64,000 bases of DNA, taken from the NCBI GenBank assembly GCA_001179505.1, contig CDMY01000284.1:1-64000 (forward strand), written 5' to 3'. The translations under genes and the position numbers were made by a program. Source of the stretch: Vitrella brassicaformis CCMP3155 (taxonomy: Eukaryota > Protista > Chromerida). Of the stretch, positions 1 through 11,500 are shown piece after piece. Every line of letters starts with the position of its first letter. Within the stretch, counting starts at the first letter, position 1. The notes beneath the pieces were generated by a model. It did not search any database. It saw only the letters and a list, made by a program, of their open reading frames with translations, and was not told the DNA's origin.

Positions 1-1244
1 ACATAGCACAGAACTCCTTTTCACGCTGAGAAAAAGTCCGTTTGCCAAGAAAGCGAATTCCGTGGCCAATCGCGATCACTGGTCTAGTGTTCGTTCGTTC
101 GTTCGTTAACCTCACGGGGACCTTGCCCCCCGGCCCCCCGAAGGGGTACGCAAGAAAGGGTCTGTGTGAGTCCACAGAAAATCAGGAGAAGGAAGCACCG
201 GATGCAACGCAACCCACCGCTTACGCGATGCCTTCGCAGACAGTAGAAAACTGGCTACCGCTTCATGCACACGCAGTGAGTGAGAGGTGAGCAAAGAAAA
301 GGCAAACACAAGAGGATCACAATAATTGAGATCCCATCGAAAGTAAACCTTGCCATCAGGCGCCGCAAGGCCATACATGCGAACAACACGGAATACTTCC
401 CCTCGTGCAGAGCTATAGAGCGGACAGTAGAAAAGAATGTGCAGCTCATCCTCAAGAAGAGAGGCCGATCACGCCCTCGTCACGGGACATGGCTGAAGTG
501 TCCTGAGCCCATGGATGAATTAATCCTGAGAAACCCACACCCTTTGTAACTTTTCCTAGTCCCTCTTTCCTTCAGGAAAAGTTAGAAAAGAGTGTGTGGG
601 TTTTGAGGAAAATGTTTTTGACCGGTTTTGAAGCACTGGACTTCTATGCATGCGCCGGTATGACGGAGTCTCCATCTTCATTGAATGCTCATCTCTGACA
701 TGACTATCCACTTCACCGTGGAATCAATTCGCAATCTTCTCAAACAGAATTCTTCTCCCCTTTACTTCACCGCCACCTTCTCTTTTCCCCGTTCCTCAAG
801 CATACATCTGAAACTATATGTATGCCGGAGTTCACTTTGTTACCACGGCCTTTCAGAGAGGGCTTCGAGCGCAGAGTTGATTCGCATCGGGAGCGAACAT
901 ACTATATTTGCTATACCTCCAAGGTGAGACACAATCAGTACACAGGAGGTTCAACTCTCACGCGTCTTGGTTGTGGAAAATTGAACACTAATGCCACGTC
1001 CAACTTGCGCATCAAGTCCTGTTACATCCCCCCGCGCGTGCTTCTCTCTTCTCTCTCCCTTTGTAGGCAGAAACAGAGGACCCGGTACTTCTGACTAACC
1101 CAATAGCTGAGCTGAATGCTGGCGCAAGCGATAGAGTGACGCAATGCGATAGATATGCTTGACAACCCAGCGCTCCTCACCGAAGACAACACACAGGTGC
1201 AATGCGGGGCAACAGCGAACCAGTCAGACAGGTGTGTCATCTAT

Positions 1245-3475
1245 CTATCTGTTACTAGCTCCATCCCTGCCGTCTTCCACATGGTCACCATCGTGCAACC
1301 CACAGTCGAGATCGTCCTGCACCTCCCCGGTGTGGATCGGCAGTACCGCAGCGGTCGAGCGCTTCCGTGGCGGTGAGGCTGATGTGCCGTTGGTACTCTC
1401 TCCATGCTGCTTACTATGGGTCATGTTGCCATTGCTGTTGGCGTTGGTGGGTTCTTGTTGGAGGGGCAGCGGGGGAGCGGCCGCATTGTGTGGAGAGGGC
1501 TGAGCTGTCTTGTCCTCCACGTTGCTGTGCGATGGGGAATCTATAGGTGACACGCACAGGCAGCATCATAGGTGACACGCACAGGCAGCATCAGGCCTTC
1601 GTGCATCCCACTGTTCGAGCGTACATTTCCCCCTCGAGAAGCCTCTCTTCATTTGCAGCTTGACTTCTGACGTATCTTTGATGACCTCATCCCTGCACCA
1701 AGAACGCACGACGTAAGTCATCCCATTCGTGCCAGCCGACCATTGTGTGTCCAAACGAACCAATTATCAAAGATGAAGTGGCCAAGAACGTCCGTGGCGA
1801 TGCCCGCCGAAAAAACCAAAACCACGCCGCTAACCAGTGCCATGATCAGCGCAATGGCGTCAAACTGACCCAACCGTCCGCCAGCAACGAAAGAGATCCG
1901 CAGCACAAAACCCATCTCCACTTGCTGCACTCACAAGCCACTCAAGGGACAGGCGTCAACAAAGAAGCGTGACACGGGAGTGTGGGGGTCTTACTGATTG
2001 CATCTGTTCGAGGTTGGGCGACCTCTGCAGGCCAGTAAACCCCCACACGCCCTCCTGCATCTTCGCAGTGATGCTACACCTTTTGCTGAAGTCCTGAGTG
2101 AGGGGTTGTCAGGCAACAAAAGACATTCATGGACACGTACGCCAGGGGTGTGCTACCCAAAAATTCAGATTGACGAAGTTCTTATACTAGCACATGGATG
2201 GGAAAGAGGATAAGAAGAAATGATAGATGATGTTGTACGAACACTCTTGTACCGTAAAGGTGAGCAAGAGCGCTCCGCCAGTGTGTCGATACCTACACCC
2301 AAACACAGGCCACGCCCCCACATGCCATTGTTATCTCCTGCGGAGAAAGTACCGGGCCTCTTTTCCGGGGACCATGGGAAACCGTTGTGGGTTCAAGTCT
2401 TTGGGGGCGTCAGAGATATGCGTTGATTGATATACACATTCGAAACGAAATGCCAAATCCATGTCCTATGCTTCTTTGTGGATCACCGTCCAGCGTCTTG
2501 TGGGCAGCCTTCAGGAGGTCTCCAACTGTGAACCTCACTATCTCGCCCTTTTCAAACCGACGATTGGCTGCACCAAAGGTGTCCACACTACATAAAAAGT
2601 AGCACACACGGCTAAGCATTGACTGGCGTGCACTTACTGCCCTCCAGCACGCAGGGTATGTTGAACGTTTCCTCGCCGCCTCCCAGAAATGACGTGGATA
2701 TCGTGTGAATGAGTGAGAGCTGGAATTGTTCCACCCCTGCACACACGCCCTTAAGTAACGCGCGTCCACAATACATGCGCATGCAGCGAGTCGGCATACC
2801 GTACCGTTGACAAATGTTGTCTCAACACACGGCTTGGTCTGCGTCTCGTTTGTGAGAGGGGACGTGTACTGATAGGTCCTGCCGTAGAATGAGGAGATGG
2901 GCTCGTTGAGATCCATCGCATCAATGGACGCGCAGCCATCGGTCTCTTGTGCCGTGATGCGGGAAGTGAACACGAGTGCTTCATTGCCGCTTATCCTGTA
3001 GATGTCAGCAGCGTTAAGTGAGGGGCAGCTGATATTAGCGAACAGCAGACCACCCGTCGACCCTCCCTTCAGAGGCGCAAACTCTCGCCCTTCCGCAGAG
3101 CCGTCGCAGTATGGCTCAAGGGTGCTTGGCGTCCTACAGACATGGCCTCAAGTTAAGCGAGCAGGAGTGCAGCCCCGCAGACGATAGTGTGCTTCTACCT
3201 CGCATTCAGATCTCCCCAGACGTTGAACGTCCCGGTTGGTGCCTCGAATCTCGCATAGGAGTGAAACAGCAGCATCGAGGTCGCCACATAGAGAAGGATG
3301 ACAGCACATGACACAAGAAACAGCACCTGGAGAGGAAGACACTCAACGGACACTGGCAAACAGCAGATACCATCAGGTCCGCGATGAGGTGACTTGCTGT
3401 CATACCTTTCTTATTTGTGGTGTACGCCCTTCCAACCAAGAAGCATTCGCGGAGCTTGCGAAGCAGTTGACCCAT
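1245..3475 (-). CDS. P2X-receptor-like (ATP-gated cation channel family) protein, multi-exon
   Basis: Manual GT-AG splicing gives MGQLLRKLRECFLVGRAYTTNKKVSVECLPLQVLFLVSCAVILLYVATSMLLFHSYARFEAPTG (YxTxK motif plus TM1), a Cys-containing ectodomain (EPYCDG..., VFTSRIT, GVEQFQLSLIH, FTVGDLLKAAHKTLD, YRHTGGALLLTFTYKNF), then GFVLRISFVAGGRLGQFDAIALIMALVSGVVLVFSAGIATDVLG (pre-TM2 and TM2). This matches the protist-type P2X layout. The 3' end is approximate. Confidence 0.75.
1543..1592. repeat. Perfect 25-bp tandem duplication
   Basis: ataggtgacacgcacaggcagcatc occurs at 1543-1567 and 1568-1592, in the predicted last intron of the P2X-like gene. Confidence 0.95.
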
Positions 3476-3768
3476 GCGGGTTGCAGCTAATGCTGTCCCT
3501 TCCCTTTGTATGTATGCTGAAGCTAGAAGCCCGTACAAAGACAGACAGACAGACAGGGTGCCACTGGATGGATTGTGTTGTGCGCGTGTCGATGCATACC
3601 TGCTGCACGCTGCTGTGACAGGCGGTCTGCTTGAGAGAGATACACACAAACTCATTCATTTTCATTCACTCGTTTATTCATTGATGCTTTGCCGTTCCAC
3701 CTTTCTTGCCGACTGTGTTTTGTTGTTGCGTTTGTTTCTTGCCGACCCCAACTCCCGGTGGTTCTTAC

Positions 3769-3938
3769 TGTCAGAGGCTGCCTGTGTTGGGGTAGATCCC
3801 GCCGTGTAATGCAACTGCATGCTGAGAACCCTGAGCACTCCAAACTGTCCCTCCTTCTTGTGAACCGTCCCTCTGGCTCATCTGTTGCCTTAACGGGCAA
3901 CGACAGCGATCCTCCACAGCCACTCTCATCTACCGACA
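3769..3938 (+). repeat. 5' LTR (170 bp)
   Basis: tgtcagaggctgc...ctaccgaca; 4 mismatches against 13308-13477 by manual comparison. Confidence 0.95.
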
Positions 3939-3950
3939 TGGGCGCAGCAA
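3939..3950 (+). other. Putative primer-binding site (non-canonical, TGGGCGCAGC)
   Basis: Lies immediately after the 5' LTR and begins TGG, but is not the usual TGGTATCAGAGC. The priming tRNA was not identified. Confidence 0.4.
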
Positions 3951-4116
3951 GTCGTTGTGGCTGTCGCTGCTGAGCCAAAGATCTGCCCAGATCTTCGTCA
4001 CCCCGTCGTCCATTCGACCTCCCTCGGTCATCCCTTAGACCCCCACACTCGCCGCTCGACTCCCGTCGACTCCCCTCGCCTCCTGACCAAGCTCCGCCAC
4101 GAGATCTACGACCACC

Positions 4117-6060
4117 ATGAGCGACTACATCAAGCTCAGCACCAGCGATGTACCAACCTTCTCCGAAGATGAGAAGGACTACCCTGATTGGGTACGGTGT
4201 TTCCGCACCATGCTGGGGTTCGAGGAATGGGCCCTACTGCGGGACAAGGCGCTCGATGAGCACGTGCCTATCTCGGTGCAGCAGACGAAGCTCGAGGAGC
4301 TTCTGACGTGTGAGCAGGAGATCGAGGACAAGGTCATCACCGCCGAGTACACCAAGGAGGCCAAGGAGGGAGAGCTGAAGCAGATGCACAAGCAGCAGGA
4401 GAAGCTGAGGGCATCCATTCAAGCGGCCAAGCGGCTCCACACACTGCTCGCCTTCGCCTGCAAGAACAGCTCCGCCAAGTACATCCTCGAGCAATACGAG
4501 GAGGGTGTCAAGGACATCTACGACGAGTTCGACGGTGTGCTGGCCTTCAAGAGGCTCAAGGCAAAGATGGAGTCCAACCCCGCCTTCGCCGAGTTCTCAG
4601 CGCAACGTGAGTTCGACGCGTTCACCTGGGACCTCAAGAAGTCGGCCCTGAACAACAACGCCGAGTTCAAGCGTCTGGCTGGCAAGGTCAACGCGCAGAA
4701 GGAGGTGCTCACGGCCACAGCGCTCAAGCATGCCTACATCAAGGTGCTGCCGACGGCCTACAAGCTGCCGATCAGCGAGAAGATCATCAAGAGCGACGTC
4801 ACCCTCGACGACGCCATGGAGAGGGTGCGCAAGCTCGAGACAGCTGCAGCGATGATCGGGGCATCGCCTGGGCAAGACGCGAGCATGGGCGTCGGTGCGG
4901 CCACGACGCCAATGGACGTTGATGAGGGCGCAAGGGCGGCTGGTAATGGTAAATCCATCAACTGCAAGTACTGCCTCAACGACGGACACCACCACTCGGA
5001 CTGCAAGCGGCTGACGCACGACAAAAAGATGTACGGCATCACCCTCTTCCCGAGCAGCCACCGCATGAAGCGCGTTGCAGAGCTGCTCAACAGCCACCTC
5101 GAAGAGGTCGAGCGCAAGGAGAAGGAGCGCGTCATCAAGGACAACAACAAGGGCAATAACAACAAGTACAACAAGGGACATGGTGGTGGTGTGCGTCGTG
5201 ATCGACATCGTCGGCGCGAGACGCTACGAGACGACCAGCGGAATGCTGACCGACACAGACGCAATCGCTCACTCACACCGGTACAGGGGAGAGAGGAGGA
5301 GCACACACACGTGCATGCTCTTGAAGAGAGGCAGCACAGAGAGGTGCACATACGGTTGGANNNNNNNNNNNNNNNNNNNNNNNNNNNNNNNNNNNNNNNN
5401 NNNNNNNNNNCGTTGGATGGCTGCAAGGTCTCAGAATCCTCGCGTGATGTGGTGATGCCACCGGTCGGGAACGATCGACGCGCTGAGACGACACACGACA
5501 CACAGACATGCTTGTCTGAGAGAGAGCCGTGCGTAGGGGAGGGAGATCGGGTGAAGCCTGATCAACTTCTGCCGGTCTCCACTTCCCATCGACTCGCAGC
5601 TGAGGAGGGGGTTCCCTCAGTTGTCCAGTGCACAACACACATTGCATGCTTCACGTCTGCTGTGTTATCTGTGAAATCCAGAGCACTGGTTGATTCGGGC
5701 TGCAGTTGGCATGTCTTTCCCTCTTCTCGTTACTTCATCAGGCTCGAGACACTCGTGGGTCGCTCTCTGACCGTCGCGGACGGCAGCAGCATCGCCGTGA
5801 CGGCGGTGGGGGAAGTGGTCGTTCCCGTTCGGTGTCGCCACGACGTGGCGCCAAGGTACACAGGAACATCGTGTACTACCCACCTAGACAGGTGTGGTCC
5901 CCTCGCCGCGGAGTCGGTGAAACTCTCCCGTGCTCTACTGGTGCCTGATATGGCGTTTACTTTGATTTCAGTGAGTGCGTTGGAGGACGATGGCTATCGA
6001 GTGGTGTTTGATGCTGATGACTATCACATCGCCCACACCAAGACAGGGATGACCATCTAA
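4117..6060 (+). pseudogene. gag-pol: Copia gag-protease part of the polyprotein, ending at a premature TAA
   Basis: 647-aa ORF containing a 50-N gap, with a CX2CX4HX4C knuckle and a DSG protease. Past the TAA at 6058-6060 the same frame continues FKRESDLYVLD, a copia-like post-protease LY-L motif. Confidence 0.9.
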
Positions 6061-6079
6061 TTCAAGCGCGAGAGTGATC

Positions 6080-6179
6080 TCTATGTGCTGGACTTCGCTG
6101 AATGCGACACTGACAAGACACCACACGCGTCTATGTGCTGGACTTCGCTGAATGCGACACTGACAAGACACCACACGCG
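6080..6179. repeat. Perfect 50-bp tandem duplication that frameshifts pol
   Basis: tctatgtgctggacttcgctgaatgcgacactgacaagacaccacacgcg at 6080-6129 and 6130-6179. Confidence 0.95.
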
Positions 6180-6496
6180 ATGCGTGCAAAGGCGGCGATG
6201 CTGTCTAGTGATTTGTCTGGTGATTTGAGGCCATCGAGTGATTTGTTGAGTAGTCGGAATGACTGCACTTCGGCTGTGAAGCAGCTAATTAGACCAATTC
6301 CACCCGTGTGTGTCTCGAGTGGGGCATGTGAAGCATCCCCTGACCTGCATGTTAGTGATGGCTGTGCATCAGCGAGACGGGCGTTCCGTCCTGCTGTTGT
6401 GCAGATGGCTGGGTGTGATGTCGGGGCGTTCCTGGCTGACCACTCAACCGTCAAGAGGGCAAGTGCGTGTGAGGGGACTGTCTGTCTGTCTGGTTC

Positions 6497-8251
6497 GTGC
6501 ACTCAGAACACGTGCGTGATTTGATGTGTGATTTGAAGGCTGATGGCGTGCTGCAATGCACACACTGCGATGCGGTGCACATCGAAGCGACAAATCGATA
6601 CATTCACAAGACAATGGGCGGAAAGTCCATCGACCTATGGTCGCCACACAGACGACACCACTGCGATACATGTGGTCGCTACTTCACGGCAGACACACCA
6701 ACACTCGGGCTCATCCCCACGCAGATGGGTGCCCAGTTAATGTCTCCCTCGCTGTCGGGCGTTCCGTCAGCTCAACTCGCAGCATGTGCCGGAGGTCCTG
6801 GCCTGATCGGTCATCCTCCCCATCACGCAGCTGATGGTCCTCCGAATCAAGATGAGTCTGCGCCTAGATCCGCGGCACACGGAACTAAAGACCCGAGAAG
6901 CTCTCTTAGCGTGTCACCCGCTCCTGTGATACGGGCGCGCCCCGGGACTCTGAAACGCACACATGGAACTGTGATGCTTCCCGTCCAACCAATCCCATCG
7001 CAACACGCAGCTTACTGGCATGTTCATTCCATTCCCGGGCATGAACCCCAGGAAAACATCATGCTGCTCAAGAACGGGCTGGTGGAAGGCCTTCCTTCAA
7101 TCACCCCTCCCAACACACAAGGGGGAACTCGTGCATTGTGATGTTGTGGGCCCCTGCGTCCCGAGCTTCATCGAGCGATTCACTTACTTCGTCACGTTCG
7201 TCGATGACTACACCCGATGGGTGACTGTCTTCTTCCTGAAAGGAAAGACTGGCAAGAACATGCAAGAAGCCCTTCGTCGCTTCATCGCACATCGAGGGAA
7301 GCCTGAACGGCTACGCAGTGACAATGCGCGTGAGTTGAAGTTCTCACTGATAGAGGTGTGCGCTCAGTACGGCATCATGATGGAGTTCTCCGTCCCTTAC
7401 GAGCACCAGCAGAATGGTGTTGTCGAACGGATGGGCCGCACGTTGTGCGAGAGGGCGGTCGCGATGCTGACACATGCCAACCTGCCGTCTGAGTTCTGGC
7501 CGTGGGCCGTCCAAACCGCCGCCTATCTGCGCAACGTGTGCCCCTCATCCGCAAATCCAGGCAAGAAGACTCCATATGAAATGTGGAAAGGGTGGAAACC
7601 CAATCTTCGACACCTGCGTACCTTTGGCTGCGGTGTGATGATTCACAAGCCGAAGCGAGATCGGAACGATCGATTCGAAGGCAAGGCCCAGCTGGGCGTC
7701 ATCCTCGGCTATGATCCTTCGATGAAGGACGGCTATCATGTGTACGTGCCTGGCGACACACACATACACACGACGCGGAATGTGTCGGCGTGGATGCAAG
7801 ACGTGTTCAACGTCGTACCTGTCAATCATGATTTCCTGTCGATTCGAAAGGGGGTGATGCAAGGTCTCCCTGGCGATGCGAGGGTCCACCTACCCATGCA
7901 ATTACTGCAAGCGGTTAACCCGCCACACGCTGGTCGTGAAGCGACACAGCCACAAGAGACGGCAAAGGCAGATGGACCACCACACGACCAAGCCGTTCAG
8001 CCGATGGGTGCGCAGCAGGTCGATCGATCAGGGGCTGTGGAACCAGCTGGCCGGTCGGGTGCGGAGCCACCACATGCGCAGGAATGCGTGCAACCATCAC
8101 CTGACGCCACTCACACACAACAACACGACCAGAGTGATCTGAATGATCAATCTCATGATGCTTCTGTCATGCCTGGCGAACCTGTCGAGGAGGATCTCTC
8201 GAGAGAGAGGGATGCTGCACCGATGGAGCAGCAGGACGACACGGTCGACCA
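6497..8251 (+). pseudogene. Copia pre-integrase region and DDE integrase (frameshifted)
   Basis: ORF 6497-7141 carries a CxxC-X31-CxxC motif and WH...GH...KNGLVEGLP. ORF 7020 onward carries the DDE core and a GYDP...GY C-terminal motif, then runs into N's at 8252. Confidence 0.88.
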
Positions 8252-8551
8252 NNNNNNNNNNNNNNNNNNNNNNNNNNNNNNNNNNNNNNNNNNNNNNNNN
8301 NNNNNNNNNNNNNNNNNNNNNNNNNNNNNNNNNNNNNNNNNNNNNNNNNNNNNNNNNNNNNNNNNNNNNNNNNNNNNNNNNNNNNNNNNNNNNNNNNNNN
8401 NNNNNNNNNNNNNNNNNNNNNNNNNNNNNNNNNNNNNNNNNNNNNNNNNNNNNNNNNNNNNNNNNNNNNNNNNNNNNNNNNNNNNNNNNNNNNNNNNNNN
8501 NNNNNNNNNNNNNNNNNNNNNNNNNNNNNNNNNNNNNNNNNNNNNNNNNNN

Positions 8552-11500
8552 TCGCCGTCGCCATGACCCCACAAAGCGAATCAACATCCAATCAGACTGG
8601 TTCGGGTGAAACCTGCAGAACCAAAACACACACACGACGATGTGACCTGTCTAGTGTGACTGTGTTGAGCAAGAAGCAGCCTGCTCGACGAGCACCTGCC
8701 GCTGACCTGGCTCTGTTGTCTGCATTGGCGTGTGCGTCTGATGATGTCTTCGAGGAGGACACTGACTCGATAGTGAAGCTGTTGAGGGGCGACGCAAACA
8801 CACACACAAGGGCAATGCACGCGTGTATCGCTGCACTCATCGTGAACGGTGAAATGACCATCGATGATGGCTTTGCTGCCCTGCTCTCTGACCTCGTGCC
8901 GCAGAATATGAGCGATTTGAAGAAGCTCAGCGCCGAGGAACAGAAGGAATGGTGGGAGGCCATCCACAAAGAGCACGATTCGATCGTCCGGAAGGATGTC
9001 AGGGATCTTGTCGATGTTGGTGAAGCCACGTCGAAGATCTTGCCGTGCAAAATAATCCTCACACAGAAACCTGACAGAAAGAAAGCACGGATAGTGGTGT
9101 GCGGGAACGCACAGAGTCTGATGGACGTCGGGCAGACATTCGCCCCCACTCTCTCTGGCATTGCCATTCGTGTCTTTCTCTGTCTGTGTACGATGACGGG
9201 ACGAACCATCTATCAGACCGATGTGGACGTCGCCTTCCTCAATTCTCCCTTGCCGTACCCTGTGTTTGTCAGATGTCCTGAAGGATTTGAGGTACCTGGA
9301 AAGGCCTGGCGCCTGGAAAACGACGCTTGTCAAGTTCCTGAAGGACAATGGGTTCGAACAGTGCCTCTGTGACCCGTGCATCTTCATTCATCGGCNNNNN
9401 NNNNNNNNNNNNNNNNNNNNNNNNNNNNNNNNNNNNNNNNNNNNNNNNNNNNNNNNNNNNNNNNNNNNNNNNNNNNNNNNNNNNNNNNNNNNNNNNNNNN
9501 NNNNNNNNNNNNNNNNNNNNNNNNNNNNNNNNNNNNNNNNNNNNNNNNNNNNNNNNNNNNNNNNNNNNNNNNNNNNNNNNNNNNNNNNNNNNNNNNNNNN
9601 NNNNNNNNNNNNNNNNNNNNNNNNNNNNNNNNNNNNNNNNNNNNNNNNNNNNNNNNNNNNNNNNNNNNNNNNNNNNNNNNNNNNNNNNNNNNNNNCCCAC
9701 AAAGCGAATCAACATCCAATCAGACTGGTTCGGGTGAAACCTGCACAACCAAAACACACACACGACGATGTGACCTGTCTAGTGTGACTGTGTTGAGCAA
9801 GAAGCAGCCTGCTCGACGAGCACCTGCTGCTGACCTGGCTCTGTTGTCTGCATTGGCGTGTGCGTCGGATGATGTCTTCGAGGAGGACACTGACTCGATA
9901 GTGAAGCTGTTGAGGGGCGACGCAAACACACACACAAGGGCAATGCACGCGTGTATCGCTGCACTCATCGTGAACGGTGAAATGACCATCGATGATGGCT
10001 TTGCTGCCCTGCTCTCTGACCTCGTGCCGCAGAATATGAGCGATTTGAAGAAGCTCAGCGCCGAGGAACAGAAGGAATGGTGGGAGGCCATCCACAAAGA
10101 GCGCGATTCGATCGTCCGGAAGGATGTCGGGGATCTTGTCGATGTTGCTGAAGCCACGTCGAAGATCTTGCCGTGCAAAATCATCCTCACACAGAAACCT
10201 GACAGAAAGAAAGCACGGATAGTGGTGTGCGGGAACGCACAGAGTCTGATGGACGTCGGGCAGACATTCGCCCCCACTCTCTCTGGCATTGCCATTCGTG
10301 TCTTTCTCTGTCTGTGTACGATGACGGGACGAACCATCTATCAGACCGATGTGGACGTCGCCTTCCTCAATTCTCCCTTGCCGTACCCTGTGTTTGTCAG
10401 ATGTCCTGAAGGATTTGAGATACCTGGAAAGGTCTGGCGCTTGAAAAAGGCCCTGTATGGCTTGAAAGAAGCCCCTCGCGCGTGGAATACGACGCTGGTC
10501 AAGTTCTGAAGGACAATGGGTTCGAACAGTGCCTCTGTGACCCGTGCATCTTCATTCATCGGCCGACTGACCTCTGGGTGGTGTTTGTAGTGGATGACAT
10601 CCTCTACGCCCCCATGTCAGGCCGCGACGCGGACGCCGATTGGTTTCGTCAGCTCCTCAACCGCGAGTACGGTATCAAAGACCTGGGAAAGGCAGATGTG
10701 TTTGTGGGCATCAAGATTGAGCGTGATCCGCTCACCGGCGAGATGAAGCTCTCGCAGCGGGCGTACATCGAGAAGATCCTCAAGCGCTTCCGATGGGAGC
10801 ATTGCAACCCCGCGTCGACACCAGTGGCGAGCGGAGTGAAGCTCAGCAAAGACCACTGCCCCAGCACACCTGAGGAAAAAGAATGGAGCGCTTCCATGCA
10901 AGCCGTGTATCGGCNNNNNNNNNNNNNNNNNNNNNNNNNNNNNNNNNNNNNNNNNNNNNNNNNNNNNNNNNNNNNNNNNNNNNNNNNNNNNNNNNNNNNN
11001 NNNNNNNNNNNNNNNNNNNNNNNNNNNNNNNNNNNNNNNNNNNNNNNNNNNNNNNNNNNNNNNNNNNNNNNNNNNNNNNNNNNNNNNNNNNNNNNNNNNN
11101 NNNNNNNNNNNNNNNNNNNNNNNNNNNNNNNNNNNNNNNNNNNNNNNNNNNNNNNNNNNNNNNNNNNNNNNNNNNNNNNNNNNNNNNNNNNNNNNNNNNN
11201 NNNNNNNNNNNNNNCCCCACAAAGCGAATCAACATCCAATCAGACTGGTTCGGGTGAAACCTGCACAACCAAAACACACACACGACGATGTGACCTGTCT
11301 AGTGTGACTGTGTTGAGCAAGAAGCAGCCTGCTCGACGAGCACCTGCTGCTGACCTGGCTCTGTTGTCTGCATTGGCGTGTGCGTCGGATGATGTCTTTG
11401 AGGAGGACACTGACTTGATAGTGAAGCTGTTGAGGGGTGACGCAAACACACACACAAGGGCAATGCACGCGTGTATCTCTGCACTCATCGTGAACGGTGA

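Larger units (their letters stand above)
5361..11214. other. Assembly gaps: 5361-5410, 8252-8551, 9396-9695, 10915-11214
   Basis: Runs of N, of round lengths (50 and 300). Confidence 0.99.

Noticed and set aside
1-520. Possible exons in the first 500 bp
   Set aside because: Short ORFs on both strands with no recognisable motif or consistent splice chain.
822-930. WW-domain-like peptide EGFERRVDSHRERTYYICYTSK
   Set aside because: Lacks both signature Trp residues, and no downstream exon supplying the W..P end was found.
4597-5501. Minus-strand ORFs of 203 and 247 aa within gag
   Set aside because: Antisense shadows of the gag frame, one running through N's; no independent evidence of an antisense gene.
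8552-10914. Real tandem amplification of RT as a novel multi-RT element
   Set aside because: Copies are bounded by fixed-length N gaps and restart at nearly the same base, so an assembly artefact is more parsimonious.
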